Assembly: GCA_003971905.1 (NCBI GenBank)
Contig: RSEE01000048.1
Coordinates: 434,001-498,000 of the forward strand
Direction of reading: 5' to 3'
Source of the DNA: Moniliella sp. 'wahieum'
Lineage: Eukaryota
DNA length: 64,000 nt
This document shows positions 25,283 to 38,985 of the stretch, piece by piece. Both the position numbers and the translations under genes were made by a program. How positions within the stretch are numbered: position 1 is the first letter of the stretch; each line of letters opens with the position of its first letter. Below the pieces are notes generated by a model that did no database searches, was not told the origin of the DNA, and saw only the letters and a program-made list of their open reading frames with translations.

Positions 25283-27099
25283 GGGGGCCGCCCGGGGTGG
25301 GGGGGCTGGCCTACCAAGGCTGAAGTCGAAGGCGGAGGCGAGCGGGCCCCGGTGGGGCAGCGGCAGGGAGGTGGGGAGGGACGAGAAGCGGCCCATCTCA
25401 GCTGGCGTCGACAGGGGCGGTGGAGGGGCGGAGCGAGGGGCAGGGGCGGTGGTCGGTGCGGAGGAGGAAGCGGAATGGCGCAGCGGGCTGCTCCTCCAGG
25501 CGCCTCTCTATATCATCTTGCCCATGCCGGAGTACCGAGGCCCCGCAGGCTGCCTGCAAAATGCGGAGCACCCAGCAGGGTGCGGGGTAAATCTACTTCA
25601 ATTGCATCAAAAATGCATCATTGCAATAAACCCTTCAACATACCCAAAAGCCAATATCGAGGAGCACATGCATGCTAAGTGTCGGGGGGGACTTGTTTTC
25701 AAGGCGCAGCCTTTAGAAGATGATGGTAAAACACCTGCCCATATGTTCACGCGCACCGTAGCCAGCACCGGAAGGGGGACTGGAGGGCGGCGACGCTGTC
25801 TAATAGGTTGGTGGATGGGCACATTGTCGGTGGCGCAGGGGGATTAAATATGTAGAGTCTAGAGATTATAATAAGGACGAGAGACACGTGTTCCTCTCCG
25901 CCACTTCGGTGAGCAGCCAAGCGGGCGTGTCGTTTGTGTTGGGACCCACGACCCCGTACTTCGGACAAGGAGCCTTATCACCCTTTGCCCGATATTGATC
26001 TCCGACGCCACCACGTGTATATAACACCGGCTTATTGTTCGAGCCCCCTACTCTTTTTTGAATTAAAGTCCACTCACCAGGTGTGCTGGCAGAACGGCTT
26101 AGACCCTCAACCACCCCCTTCGCGATTGCTTCGCTCTACATCTCCAGAGAGTCTTCACCCGGATCCATGAGTTCCTCAGTCCGGATTCTCAGCTTGGGCG
26201 CACACACTGCGTCGAGGCATGTTGGAGCGAGCGTTTTGTGAAGGCCATCAATCGCCTCTAATAGTCACGTCTCGCCTTTTTCCTCTATATCCCAAGTGAC
26301 CGTACGCGGGGATTCGGACTCATGTACTCATAGCTTGGGCCGTATCTGAAGATACTCCACGGTGGCTTCGAATGATTTGGGTCAATCCAACGTCACGTCC
26401 TGGTAGTTCCTACTGAGGCGTATACGAGGTGCGTGGGGGTTTCCTTCTGTTCCTTATTTCGCCGCCTAGCCCCGGGTGAGATTATGGCTACGGGATGTTG
26501 CTTTGTGGGCATTATATTGCTGGTTGGTGGGCTTGGACTATGCCATCGCATCGCCTCGGGGACCATCGTCGGGACTGCAGATCTCGATTCAGATATTCAG
26601 ATCTCAGACCTCATCGACCTCATCCGAGTGGCAATCTGATTGGCCAATACCAAGGCACCTCCCTCCCCCTGCTGGCTAAGTCGATCCACACATCACGCGG
26701 CACCACTAGAACGTCTCATCTGCTCCGCTTTAGTTGCTCTGTCCCGCTGTTGTCTGTCTGAGGCACTCTTCCACCGAGCCGAGCCAGACTTCTGCCTTCC
26801 CCAGCGCCACGGGAGCCAAGATCCCAGATTCCATCCAAGTGGGCCAAGGGCCAACGGCACGCGCCGCAACATGTTCAAGAGAACAATAGATGCATACATT
26901 GCCACCGTGCCCCCAGCGCCATCTCCCCAACGTCATCTCCCAGGGCCAACGCCAACGCCCACGGCTCAGTGGGGCACGATCAACAAAGAGAAGGGGGAAG
27001 CAGTAAGAGAGAGTCCATTCCATGGCTCCGTATCCGCAACAGGTTAACGGACAAGGCATCGCCTTGCTTCCGTCGGCCATGTCCATGTGCTCATGGCAT

Positions 27100-30000
27100 C
27101 ATGGCAGCATGGCATCATGGCGACGCCAGCCGCAACTGCGAGTCGAGCGAGGAGAGAAGCGTACCGCGTGGTGGGTGTAGGTGTACGTAGGTGCCTTGCC
27201 TGTGCCTGTGGGTGCGCATCGGCCTGTGCCCAGGCGCCACCGGGGGCAGGCTGCGGACCCGACGGCCGGCGGCGGACGGACCAGGGCGAGAGCGGGTGGG
27301 GCTCGATCGAGCCCGGCGCCGGGCGGGGGGCGAAGCGGAAACGGACATGGCGTGGTCGTGGAGGGAGAGGACGCTATCGCGGGTAGGGTACGTGTGGACC
27401 GACACATGCCATCCTCCTTCTTGTCCTGCTTGTCCTGCTTGGCTGACGGCGAGGCGGGGGAAACCGAGTGGAGCGAGATGGAGGAGGAGGACGACGAAGG
27501 CGTACGCGAAGGCGAAGACGAAGTTGGAGGCCAGTGCGGATGGGCCAACGTGGGACAGGCCCCCCACTGCGCGGTGGGATGCACAATGCCGGGTGAGGAG
27601 GACCGAGGCGGAGGAGCGCCAGGTGCGGATGCCTGAGCTGCAGCGGGAGCGGGAGTGGGAGCGTGCGCCGGGGGCAAAGGTACGGGTAAGGGCGCGGGTT
27701 GGGGTGCGCCCCAAAAGCGTTTCCAGCCCTTGCGTTTCTGCGGCGGAGGGAAAGGCCATGGATCTGGGAAGGTCCTGGCGACCATCCAGGTCGTACAAGT
27801 TGAGCTTGGTCAGCGCCTTGACGCCCCTGACCTGGAAAGGGTACGGATCCTTGCCCTGCGCCGCCAAGGCCATCGCCTTAGCTTCCAAAGCACGGGCGCG
27901 GCGAACGCGGCGGCGCGCTTCGGCCTCCAGGCCGCGCATCAGCTGCGCATGCACCACCTCCTTCTTCTTGGTCTTGTTGCCGCCAATCCAGATGAGCAGG
28001 CCAGCCAGCGCGTTGCACGACAGGGAACACGAGATGATCATGGCGGTCAAGACGGTGGGCCGGTGGTGGTACTCGATGCCCCACGTCACACCGCACAGCG
28101 CCCCCTGCAACAACGAGTGCATATCGGACAAAATCACAATTGCTACCGCCAGGTTGGCACTGAACGCGCGATGGGTCTCCGTCTCGTGGTAGCGGTAATA
28201 GTTGTGCGCCCAGCGGAACTTGCGTTGCTGGTACACCAGCTCACTCTCGTCCGCCAGCGACAACATCGCCGGCTCGGCATCGGCCGGGACGGCATAGGCC
28301 ACCCGCCCCCCGGATTGTCCACCATAAACGCCGCTCCCGTCGCGAGCGCATCGGCTGTCCCCCCCACGACGTGCTCGGGCTAAAGGAGACGGTGGCCAGG
28401 CGCGTGGTGCTGGCCGAGGCGGCGGAGCCGAGGCTTTGGTCGTACTTGGCATTCGGGCTGGCGTTGGAATCGGGTGAGGCCAAATAGGAAGCTGCAGCAC
28501 CGGGCACGATTTGAGGTGCACGGTACTCGGATCGAGACCGGACCAGCACATAGGGCCGTTCCGTCGCGGGCGTGCTGGCCCTGTCGGCACGACTAGGGCT
28601 GTTGAGGGATGAGGAAGCAAACGAAGCATCTTCGTCGGGCAAGAGCGGCGTCGTGGACGGGGGCCGAGCGGGAGGCTGCACCACGTGCGTGTTGATCCTC
28701 TCCAGCGGAGGCCGGTCCGGGTGCGGGCGAGTAGACTGGCTTGGGTACGCGGCGGACCCGGACGAGGGCGGATACTGGGCTAGGTCGCCGCCCTCAGCCA
28801 GATCGGGCATGGAAACAGCCACGGGCCGATCGCCCTGAGCCTCACGAGAAGCGAGCGGCGAGGGCGGTGTGGCCGAACGGCGGTAGCGAGTAACAGGGGG
28901 GTGACGACGCGAGGCACGAAGAAGACGCGAGAAGACGGAAGACTTGGGAGGCGCGTCTGGTGGCGCCGCCAAATCGACCGTCTGCTGGGCTGCAACCGAG
29001 TTGATCGAGGTCAGAGATAGTCCCCCTCCCGTCCGGTTCGTAGAGTGGAACCCTCCCGAGCCTGGCCCACCAGGCCAAACTCAGATGCAGAAGCAGCCGA
29101 TGCCGACGCACTGTGCTGGGTCACCGCCACCGCCACCGCGGCCGCTTCCTCTGCCACGCGCATTTCCGCCTGCGCCGTGGTGTCATGGCGGACACGGTCA
29201 TGGATGCCGGCTTTGTCCTGTGCTTGCTTTTTGCGATCTCGCCGCTGTTGCGCGGTCAGGGAAACTTTGCTTCCTGCTTTCTGGGCGTGGGACAGCTCAT
29301 CCTGAGCCGCTTGAGCTGCCTCGGCGGGAGGCAGATGACGGCGACGGTTGGTGTCATACAGGCGATAGGCATACGAGCGGGGCAAGTCGTTGGGGTCCTG
29401 GAGCGGTGGCAGGCCCAGCTCTTTGCGCCGACGGAGGGCACGCAAACGGTAGCGGGTAATGCGGAAGATACGATACGAGTCCCGGGCGCGGGAGGGTGCC
29501 AAGAGAAATCCGGTCAGGTTGAACAAGACACAAAGAATCTTGTCGCACCGCTCAATCCATAATCGTCGGTTGGGTGGGTTCCACCAATGCACAATCAAAA
29601 TAAAGATGGCGATACCCCAGGAAGCGATAAGCAAGCCATAAAGAACCATCAAAAACCCATGGCTGCAGCACGACCAAGAGTGTCACAGGCTTGAAATCAT
29701 GAAAAGCAGGGAAAGAGGGGTGAGGGAAACATACGTGTTTTCAAATACCTGCCAAAGCCAATCAGCCCACGGCGGAACCGTTCACGAGGCGACATGAGGC
29801 GAGCAATAGCGGCTTCAACGGCTGCGTCTTCTTCGGCCTGTTCCTCGGCCAGGCGAGCGTCCTGTTTATACTGGTCGCTGAGCAAAAGTGGCCCTTGACT
29901 CTCGTCCGGGCCAAAAGTTTGGTGGTGCCCGACTCATCGGCATGGCGGCCTTCCAAAGGAGAGCCGTCCTTGGGGAGCTGGGGAAGCTGGGTCTGCAAGA

Positions 30001-30794
30001 TTTCGTCTGCCAACGGTTGCGGAGCAAGGCGAGGATTGGGTAGGGGGCATCGAGAGGCCGGGTAGTCATAGTGTCCAGGTCAAGAGAGACCTTGCTGTCT
30101 CCAGCATTCCCCTCAGGGGCATAATGGGGTGCGAGGGCACCCAATGGGTCAGAAGGGGTGGAAAAGGCATGTTCGGGCATGGGAGTAAGAGGGTCAGGAT
30201 ACGGGACGGCTCGGTTGGCACCAGCTGCGCTCGACTGACTTGTCCGTCGTCCAATGGATCCTTTGCGACGGCTAAAGGAGGGGGCGTGTGGACGAAAGCG
30301 TCCGTGATGGCTAGCTGTTGAGTTGCGGCGCGAGGAAGGCATGGATGGGTTGCCAGACACATTGCTCAGTCGATGGGCATCCTCCTCCTCCTCGTCCGGC
30401 AGATGGCTTGGGACCAAGTCGTTCCACGACGGGATCGGGGGCGGTGGAGGGAGGGCCCAAAAAGAACGCCTTGGATGTTGCTCCAAGTGTTCAGGGTCGC
30501 GTATGCGGGATCAACAACATCCCACACATCCGCCTCCTGGGCACGCTCGGCCTCCGCATCGGCGGCGCCTCGGCACGAGACTCGTTGCTGGTATGGGCGC
30601 GAGTGCGCATGCCCCGGAAGCCACCGTGGCGGGGGAAGCTGGGGAAAGAGGAGGATTGGGCTGCGTGTTGGGGGTGCGGGGCACGAAATGGGACGGGGCA
30701 GCCAAGAGGGAGGGGTGGTGGACTGGGGGCTTCGCTGGCAAGCTCCGGATCGGCCGGAAGCGGCGGGGCGCCGGCGCCGGCGGGCTGACGTCAT
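27100..30794 (-). CDS. DUF2985-type fungal integral membrane protein; ends uncertain
   Basis: DVVDPAYATLNTWSNIQG, YLKT/PMGFLMVLYG..WG, RKELGLPPLQDPNDLP, YRYHETETHRAF and LCGVTWG..GGNKTKK. Intron 29734-29663. Confidence 0.75.
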
Positions 30795-33700
30795 GGCGTG
30801 TGGGGGGGGGGGGGGGAGCGGGGGCAGGCAAGGCGTGTGGCGGGCGCGCTGCCGGCCTGGCGTATGTGCCGCTGGCCCGGGGGGAGTAGGAGGGGTGGGG
30901 GGGGGGAGCGGGAGTTGGAGCGACAGGGAGGAAGCGGTGGAGGGAGGGAGGCAAGGACGGAGTGGTGGCGAGGGGCGGTGAGGATGGCAGCAGACATCAC
31001 AGCAGCATCACCCACCTAGAATCTGCTCGTAGGCGGACGCGTCAAGCGTCGCAAGGATGCAGCCAGTACGCTCGTGTGCCTCGCTTGGGCCGCAGCGGCC
31101 AGGCACTAGCCCAGCCAGCCAGTCACGCAGCACGCGTCACGCGTCATGCATCCCTCAGCCATCCATAGCACCCTGCATCCCCCCCCGCATGGCGCCACTG
31201 TGCTCCGGCCATGGACGGACTGGACCCTGCGCCGGCCGCTCAGCTGAGCAGCCCCGCCAGCGAGGCACCGCTGGGCGCAGCGGATGTTCCGGCGCAAGAC
31301 AATGTCAGCAACCTCAGCTGGCAGCCTGCCCGCCGCCGCTCTTCTCCTCCGCCGCCGCCAGCTTCCCCGCCATCGTCACCGCACCCATCGAGCTTCGCAT
31401 CGGCTGATGCGCCCCCGCCACCCCGCTGCAGTGGCCCTTCGCCCCCCTCCGCGCGTGGCGGCGTCTCAGCGGCAGTCACTAGCTTCACTCTAGCCATCCT
31501 AGTCATCGGCGTTTGGTGCTATCATTTATGTGTCAGCGCCCCGTCTGCCTCAGCGCCTTCTCGGAGCTCAGCTCAGCCAGCGGGCCGCAGCAACGGCCTC
31601 CCACCGCCATGGGGACTAGGGACGCCTGTGTGAGTGGGTGGGGGCATCGTGCATCCTCCTCTGGTTTGGAGAGCAGCTCTATCAGGCGGTGGGATACATA
31701 TAATGTGTTCTTTCTCCAAGGAGCATATGCCCGCCAGATGGACATGTGGATGTGTGTTGCTCGTGCCATTACAACTGCATGATGCATGCATGATAGGTTG
31801 CACGAGCAGGAACGTTGGTTGGCGCTTCGCCGGCTCTCTCACAGACCCGAAAGTGCTAGGATGCTGAGCACTCCCGCTGATTGTTCCAACAGCGACCGCG
31901 AGTACTGGCACCGGAAGACTGTGTCATAGATCATAGAAGGCCATAGCTCCGGGTCACCAGAGTTGTCGGTGACCGGTGAGCTTCACACGCCATTTTTCAT
32001 TTAAAGTGCAACGGTCAGCCTGACCGCTCAGCCTGAGCTCGCAAAGGCCTACGAGCCGAACGGCCTAAAGCCCAGAAGGCCCTCAGGGAATGAACTCACG
32101 GTGGCTCAGACCCAGGCCGCAAGCAAATGAGTCAGAGGAAAATGATTCATGACAGGCAAAAAGATGAAGGAAATGCATTGAATTCAAAATCACTGATCGC
32201 GATCTCATCGAACCCATCAATCAAAGGGGCCCTTGGGCCAACCCGCTTCCCCATGGTCAGTACGTCAGTGTCAGTGGGTACGTGGTGGACGCTGGACCGT
32301 AGAGGGGGAGTCAGTGTGGGGAACCACCAATGATTAAGGGATATGACGTTGACGCTGACGCTGACGCTAACGAGCCCTTCTCTTCTCTGAGATCTCAGCG
32401 CCCTGGGCTGAGCGCGCTCAGGCTGAGCACCCTACTGGGCCTGAAGGCCTCTGTTGAACGTTGAACGTTGAACGTTGACGCGCTGACGTTGAACGCGCTC
32501 AGCTCGCCGAGCGCCCGAGCGCCTCTTGCCTGTGGAGGGGCCAGAGGGTGGGCCGACGTGGTGGCCAGCTTCATACCCACCGCAGCAGTATTTAAAGCAA
32601 CCGACACCCAGGAAGGCTGGGCCATGGAAATTGGACGAATACTTACTTGCACGGTACGGGCCTACCGGTTACGTACCCCGCCGACACACCACACCCTCTC
32701 GGGCCAAGCCCTACCACTGCGGTGACATATGTGCGGGTGACATGTGCATGTGATGTGATATGACGGGCTGGCGCACACGAGCCTCAGAGCGTTCAGCGGC
32801 TCAGCACAGAAACTGAATTCGGCCTCAGCGCCTCAGCCTGCGAGCCGCTCGGCCGGCACCCCACGGCAACCCCACGGCACCCTGGCCCACCAGCACCACC
32901 ATCGCCATTCCGCCGCCATTCCGCTGCCCAGCCCGTCCTCACGTGACCTCCTCGCTTTTTGTTAACTGCACCTGGCATCAACCTTCAAGTCCAGCCTCAA
33001 GCTCCTCAAGCGTCAAGAAGCAAAGGACCACTTGCTGCGCCATCCCAAAAGGGACATGCTATGCGAGCCTTTCTGCGGGGTTCAACGTTCAGCGTTGCTT
33101 ACGCTACCAGGTGGCTGCGCCTCAGTGCGTGGGATCCTGAGGGCCTCAGCCCCAGGCCTCTAGTCAAGCAGCCTGAGGCCTCAGAGCCTGCGGATCTATG
33201 TACCACGGTGACGTAATATCCTCCACCCCATCTGTCCAGCACACTTCCCCTCGGTCTCGTCCGTTTCCGGCTGAGGAAGATATATATACCCCCTCTCTGG
33301 GCCGTACATAGATGGGTATGGGGTCCATTTGCTATCAGTCCGCATTGACCTCATCCGTCTCACGTCAGCTGGCCCTTTTCTCAGCCGGATATGCCGTTGG
33401 CTTGAGCTGCGGGGAGCACTGGGCGCTGATGTATAACAGGGGGCATGTGTTGAACCGGTACATGTTGAGCGTTTGAGATCTGAGATGAGTTCTCCCCGAC
33501 GTCAACTGAGTACTGAGTAATATATCCAGAGAGAAATCTGGGGTGATCGTGACCTATCGAAAGGGAATACGTAGAGAGGGGGAGAGTTGTATACGAAGGG
33601 GAAGCTAGGAAAGTCCGGAGTGCGATCTGCGATCAGATATATTGATGAGATTGGCAATCCAGCCGTTGTGGACAAAATCGTTGTCAGCACGACACACACG

Positions 33701-33865
33701 ACTGGAAGAGATCTGCAGTCCGGATGGTCCTCGAAGGCGATGCAAATCGCACTAGTGATGATGGTGGTCTAAGATCTAAACCAAGCAGCAACGCCTACAC
33801 AAGAACATCAAGCAAATAGCTGCCACCAGGGGCTAAGCTGTGCAAAACAAGGAGAGAGAGACAAT

Positions 33866-34850
33866 TGTCACGGGCGAAGACGGGGCTTGGCAAGCCCAGC
33901 GAAGCCTACGCGTGTGCCTTTCGCCATCCTAATCCCGTCCCCAAGTTGGTCACGGGGTCAGAGTCGATCTGATCCGATCTCAGACCTCAGCTGAGGCCCG
34001 TCCGCTCTACCCAGGAATAGACCGCGCTCCCAGATTCGACTCAGTGTGTTCGAGCGCGGCTGGTAAGACTGCCAGGGCGTCGATTCCCAGTACTACGTTG
34101 TACCGCGCGCGACCAAATACTCAGTTGCCTCTTACCCAAGTGAATTGGAGGCTACCGCATGGCCACCCAATTAGCAGTATTTTCCCTTGCGACGATCGTC
34201 ACCCTTGCCCGTTTTTACCTTGCCTTTCTCGGTTACCCGTACAGCAACCGTCCTCCCTGTTTTGCCCTGCCCCCGTTCTTCCTCTATTACGTTCAATTGT
34301 TTCCTTTTCGTCCTTGACTGGTTCCAGTGGTTTGTGGTTTTCCCCCACGGTCCATTGGCGTGTCCCCCTACTCTCTCCTCCTCGCCAATTGATCAAGCCA
34401 GTACAGAAACCTCCTCTCCTTAGTTTTGCTCCTCCAGCTCCCGTCTTCATCTCTCCGCCCCTCAGTCAACCCAGTTCGCGCGTGCCTCGCAGCCGTGCCA
34501 CGCCGAAGTCCAGCTCAGTTGATGAGGCGCGTGTGATCCCGTCTCCAGCCACGCCGCCCCCCCAGTCCTAGTCCAGCTCCAGTCCGGCAGGGTCGATCCT
34601 CCGCTGCCACTCTGTGTCCCTGAGCCCGAAGGCTTCACTGGACACCCTACTTCCGCCGAAGCGGGTGCTACGCAGCCTTGCCACACTGGCAGCCGCGTCT
34701 GCTTTACGCCGAAAGGCCTCTCCTTGTCCCACGCCCCCGCTCCCACCAATAAGCACAAGCGCGTACCTACCGTGAATCGACTTTAGGACCTCCGAGGGAT
34801 TGCACCCCCCCCCCCGGGCGGCCCCCCTGGCGGTGCGCCCGCCCGTGACA
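33866..34850. mobile_element. Solo LTR or non-autonomous TIR element, 985 bp
   Basis: Perfect 11-bp terminal inverted repeat TGTCACGGGCG...CGCCCGTGACA. Flanks ACAAT / AAAAT form a 5-bp TSD with one mismatch. Confidence 0.75.
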
Positions 34851-35065
34851 AAAATAACGGAACTCCTAGGCCTGATGAGAAGGGACTGAAGGTACGTTGG
34901 CCAAAGCACACGAGCCACCCGGTGGCCCAACACGACTGTTGAACCTTTTCTGGATCATTACGAGACGGGGTTGAGCTTTTGGAAATGGTTTGCAAGAGGC
35001 CTTTTTGGCAACAGTATATGTTTGGTTTTCCCTTCTGTCACCGCTTCCTTCAATCGTTTTGTGGG

Positions 35066-38000
35066 CGGGCTCCAACTCCCCCCGGGGAGAGAGTTACCAT
35101 CAGTGAGGACACACAGGAACTGGTGGGTGTGGGGGTGCTCGAGTGGTGGGAGGACAAGTTGTTAGGCACCGCGGCCGTCGAACCACAATTGGATTGCTGT
35201 TCGTCGAGGTAACAGCGGAGGTACTGTTCGAGGTCCTGGTTGAGGCACTCGGTATGGCCGTCGGTCTGGAGGTGGAACGCGGGGCTGAGGCTCGACTTGG
35301 TACTCAAGTCGGCACACAAGGCTTGGCAGAAGTGGCTCGTGAAGACCGGTCCCCGATCACTCACCAGATCTCGGGGAAGGTCATGGTAGCGAAAAACAGG
35401 GTGTACAAACTGGGGTGCGACTTGTGGCGCGGTGTCCGTCGTGTGGGTGGGAATCAAGTGACCCATTTTGGCGAACCGATCCACCACACCATCAAAATCG
35501 CGTCTGTGACCATTGGATCGGGGGAGCTGGGTGATGTGGTCCATCGACAAGTGGGACCACGGGCCTTGGGGAGGAGGAAGGGGCTGAAGGAGTCCGGCGG
35601 GCTGGTAGCGAGGCACTTTGGTCCGTTGGCAGCGGTCGTACGGGCACACGTAGCCCATACGTCGGCTAACAGGTGGGGCCACCAATATTGAGCGCAAACA
35701 CGGACGAGCATCTTGTCACGCCCTTGGTGGCCCACCAAGGCCAAGTCGTGGGCTTGATGGGGGATGATAGCGCGGATCTGCGGGTCGCCAGGGATGTAGA
35801 CCTGGTTACAGCGCCACAAAAGACCTTCGCGGACCGTCAAGGCATCATGGCGGGGTGGATGTGGAGCCGTGGCAAAGGGGACCAACGAGGATCGCGGGGC
35901 ACCAGTTGATGAATGCGCTGTCGGATCTCGTCGGTAGACACGCGCCCCACCACCGGTGTACTTGGGTCCGCCGCCAAGAGATCGAGGGCGGCTGCAGAAC
36001 GCTCGGACACGGGATCCACTGGCAGTACCTGGGGTGCCGCGTTGGCGGGCCGGGACCCTTCAGCGAAGTCAGGATGGCGCAACAACCCGTCCGCCGCACC
36101 ATTCTTCGGTCCGGCACGGTACACCATAGCAAGGCGGTAGGGGGACAGGGTCTGGGGCCATAGGCCCTGGCGGCGGTTCAACAGGCGCGGGGACTGAAGA
36201 AAGTACTAACAATGGCCCTATGCTCTGTAAGTACTTGGACAGTCTCAACACTTTCGATATAGTGGCGCCACCCCTTCACGGCCACCACGATGGCCAGCAC
36301 CTCCTTTTCGGACGAGGTGTAGTTCAGATGCGAGGTCACGGTGAACTTGCGAGAATGGAAGGCGACCGGCCGCCGACCACCGTCCACACATCCTGCTGGG
36401 CGAGCACCTCGCCAAACGCCGCGTTCGAAACGACGGTCTCGAGGCGGAGGGGGCGAGTGGGATCAAAGTGTGGCAGAGGATGTGGGGCGAGGCAAAGAGG
36501 CGCTTGAGCTCCGCAAACGCCTCTTCGCAGGCTGATGGGGTCCAAGAACAAACCCGCTGGACCTTGCGTGACAGGTCGGACAGTGGAGCCGAGGTATGGG
36601 CAATAAACGGACAAAGTGACGGTAGTAGTTGGCGAAGCCGAGGGAGACCTGTACTTGGCGAGGCCTTCTGGGTGTTGGCCACGACCGAATCGACTCGACC
36701 TTGAACGGGTCCATCCCGATCCCGTGAGGCGAAACGGCGTAGCCCAGGTACTCTCGGTGCGGGAGGTGTGGAACAGACACTTGTCGGGGTTGAAGTAGAA
36801 GAACTAGGCCCGCTGGAGGCGCCGGAGGACCTCGGTAACGTGACACTCGTGTTCCCCCTCTCGTTAGTCGAAAAAATGAGGATGTAGTCAAGATTATATG
36901 ATATATGCAAGGACCGAGACGTCGAGGGGGTCGCGGAGGATGTCGTTCATCATAGCTTGGAAGGTGTGGCAGGGGCGTTGCAGAGGCCAAAGGGCATAAA
37001 AGGGATTAAAAGTGCCCGTCCCAAGTGCGGAAGGCAGTCTTACTCTCGTCGCCTTCTCTAACCCGCAACAAGTTATACGCCCCATGGAGGTTGAGCTTTG
37101 TGAAGATGCGGGCGCCCGAAAGGATATCCAACGAGTCGCTAATCAGAGGCAGGGCCAGCCGGGTTTTGACCGTAACTGAGTTATGGAGCGCCCGATAATA
37201 GTCCACGCCCAGGCGCAGCGAGCCGGCCTTCTTTTTATAAAGGACGCCCGTGCCGAAGTGAGAGACTTGGACGGACGGATGAAACCTGAAGCTAGGTTTT
37301 CCTCGAGCCATTGGGACAAAGCCTGCATTTCGTCCGTCGACAAAATTAAAGAGGAAGAGATGAGAGAAGATGAAGGCGGCGCTGGGGACAAGATCGATGT
37401 TGGCCTGAACTGCGGCACAATGGGCGGGAAGCGTCTTAGCCCCTGGCTTGGAAAAGGCGCTAAGGAAAGAGTGGTAGCGGGGAGGGTCCGTGTGGTGGTT
37501 GTGCTCGAGGTGCTCGGGTGTGTCAAACCGGGAACATTGGCTCGGGACCGTTAGCGACTGCGACGGACGAGAAGACGTCCAACTCGGGCTCGGGGGAGAA
37601 ATGGGACGTTTGCCATGGCCTGGGATTCCCTAACCACCCCAAGCTCAAACTGCTCCAGAGAGAGAAGGTCAATAGGCGGTCCAGACCGAGAAGGCAGGGA
37701 GGGACCCGGGCCAGAGAGCGCAGAGGACAGAGGGTAATGGGAAGAGGCTGCGTGCCGCGCGAGGGGGAGTGGGGAGAAGTGGAGAAGGGAGGGGAAGAGT
37801 GGACAGGCTGGGAGGGAACCGTGGTGGGAAAAGGAATCGAGTTTACAGAGGAGGACGGGGTGGTGGTACATGGGGACGTGGATTTGGGCCGGGGCCCGGG
37901 CTGATGCTGGTGCTGATGCTGGTGCTGGTGCTGGTGCTGGTGCTGGTGCTGGTGCTGGTGCTGGTGCTGAGGCACGGTCTTGGATCGAATATGGTGTGAT

Positions 38001-38985
38001 ATCACGGCACTGCAAGTTATCAAAACGAAGAGTGTGCAAGGGTCGTCGGCGCTGGGGTTGTGAGTTTCAAGGAAGGGGAGAACGAAGATGAGGGGGTGAT
38101 GGAGGGAAGTGAGGGAAAACTCCTAAATTGACACATGCATGGGAGCCACCGCTTGGGTCACCAGATCGTAGGAAATGGGACGCCCATCCACCACCCTGAC
38201 GACCAAATGCGACACGGCAGCGTGCGAGCAACCACCGGCCAGGCCGGCGGGCAAAGCCATGGTCCATGAAAATGCTCTTCTCACAACAGAGTCGACCAAG
38301 GCGGTGACTGGTATCGGGACGAAGGGAGACGGAGACAAGGGACCAGGATGCAGATGGACGAGTACCGGAGGAGGGGGAACAGAGAGCCTCACGGCCGCCT
38401 CAGACAGAATCAGCCGGGGGACCGGGGAGGCGGCGCGGAAACTTGAACATGTTGGGGCACTCGGCAATGAGGTGGCCACGGGAGCAGCAGTAGAAGCACG
38501 CGCATTGAACACTGCGTTCGGTGCGCCGGGCCGCCGCTTCGGCAGTGGTAGTGGCGGCGCTGAGGTCCATGGGATCGGTCTCGGGGGATGATCGATGACG
38601 GCCGAAACCAACTATGATTGCCGCCCGATCCCGAGGAAACTGCTGTACGTGAGCGCCTGGCAAGTGGGATTGGTCCATGTCAATGGCCTCTGTGCGCAGT
38701 TCTTCGAAACTGATCCGTGCAAAGTGAGCCGGCTCGTGGCGGGAGGCGATTGCGTCACGTACCCGCGGCTTCAAACCGTATATAGGAAGTTCCAGTAGCT
38801 TCCTCATCCGACACGTTGGAGTTTCAGCGACGCAGCAGGACCGTGAATCAAACGCCTTCTGCGCCTGATTGCGCTCGCGCCACTGCTTCAGAAAGGCTGC
38901 ACGAAACGCAGCCCATGACTGAAGGCGGGCGAGGTGCGCGCCTCCAGAGGAATAACCACCTCCGAACCGAACCGCTCCACTCAAC
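35066..38985 (-). mobile_element. Degenerate, doubly truncated copy of the 6942-12706 Gypsy family (partial gag to integrase core; no LTRs or chromodomain)
   Basis: Colinear with ~7781-11740: [57 protein letters not shown] and QTDGHTECLNQ. Many indels. Confidence 0.9.
37903..37968. repeat. (TGCTGG)n hexamer microsatellite in the PR-RT linker of copy 2
   Basis: About 11 units, at the position where copy 1 has the 18-bp repeat. Confidence 0.85.

Noticed and set aside
35066..38985. RIP-like hypermutation of the second TE copy
   Set aside because: Differences from copy 1 are mixed substitutions and indels and GC remains high; no clear C-to-T bias by eye.
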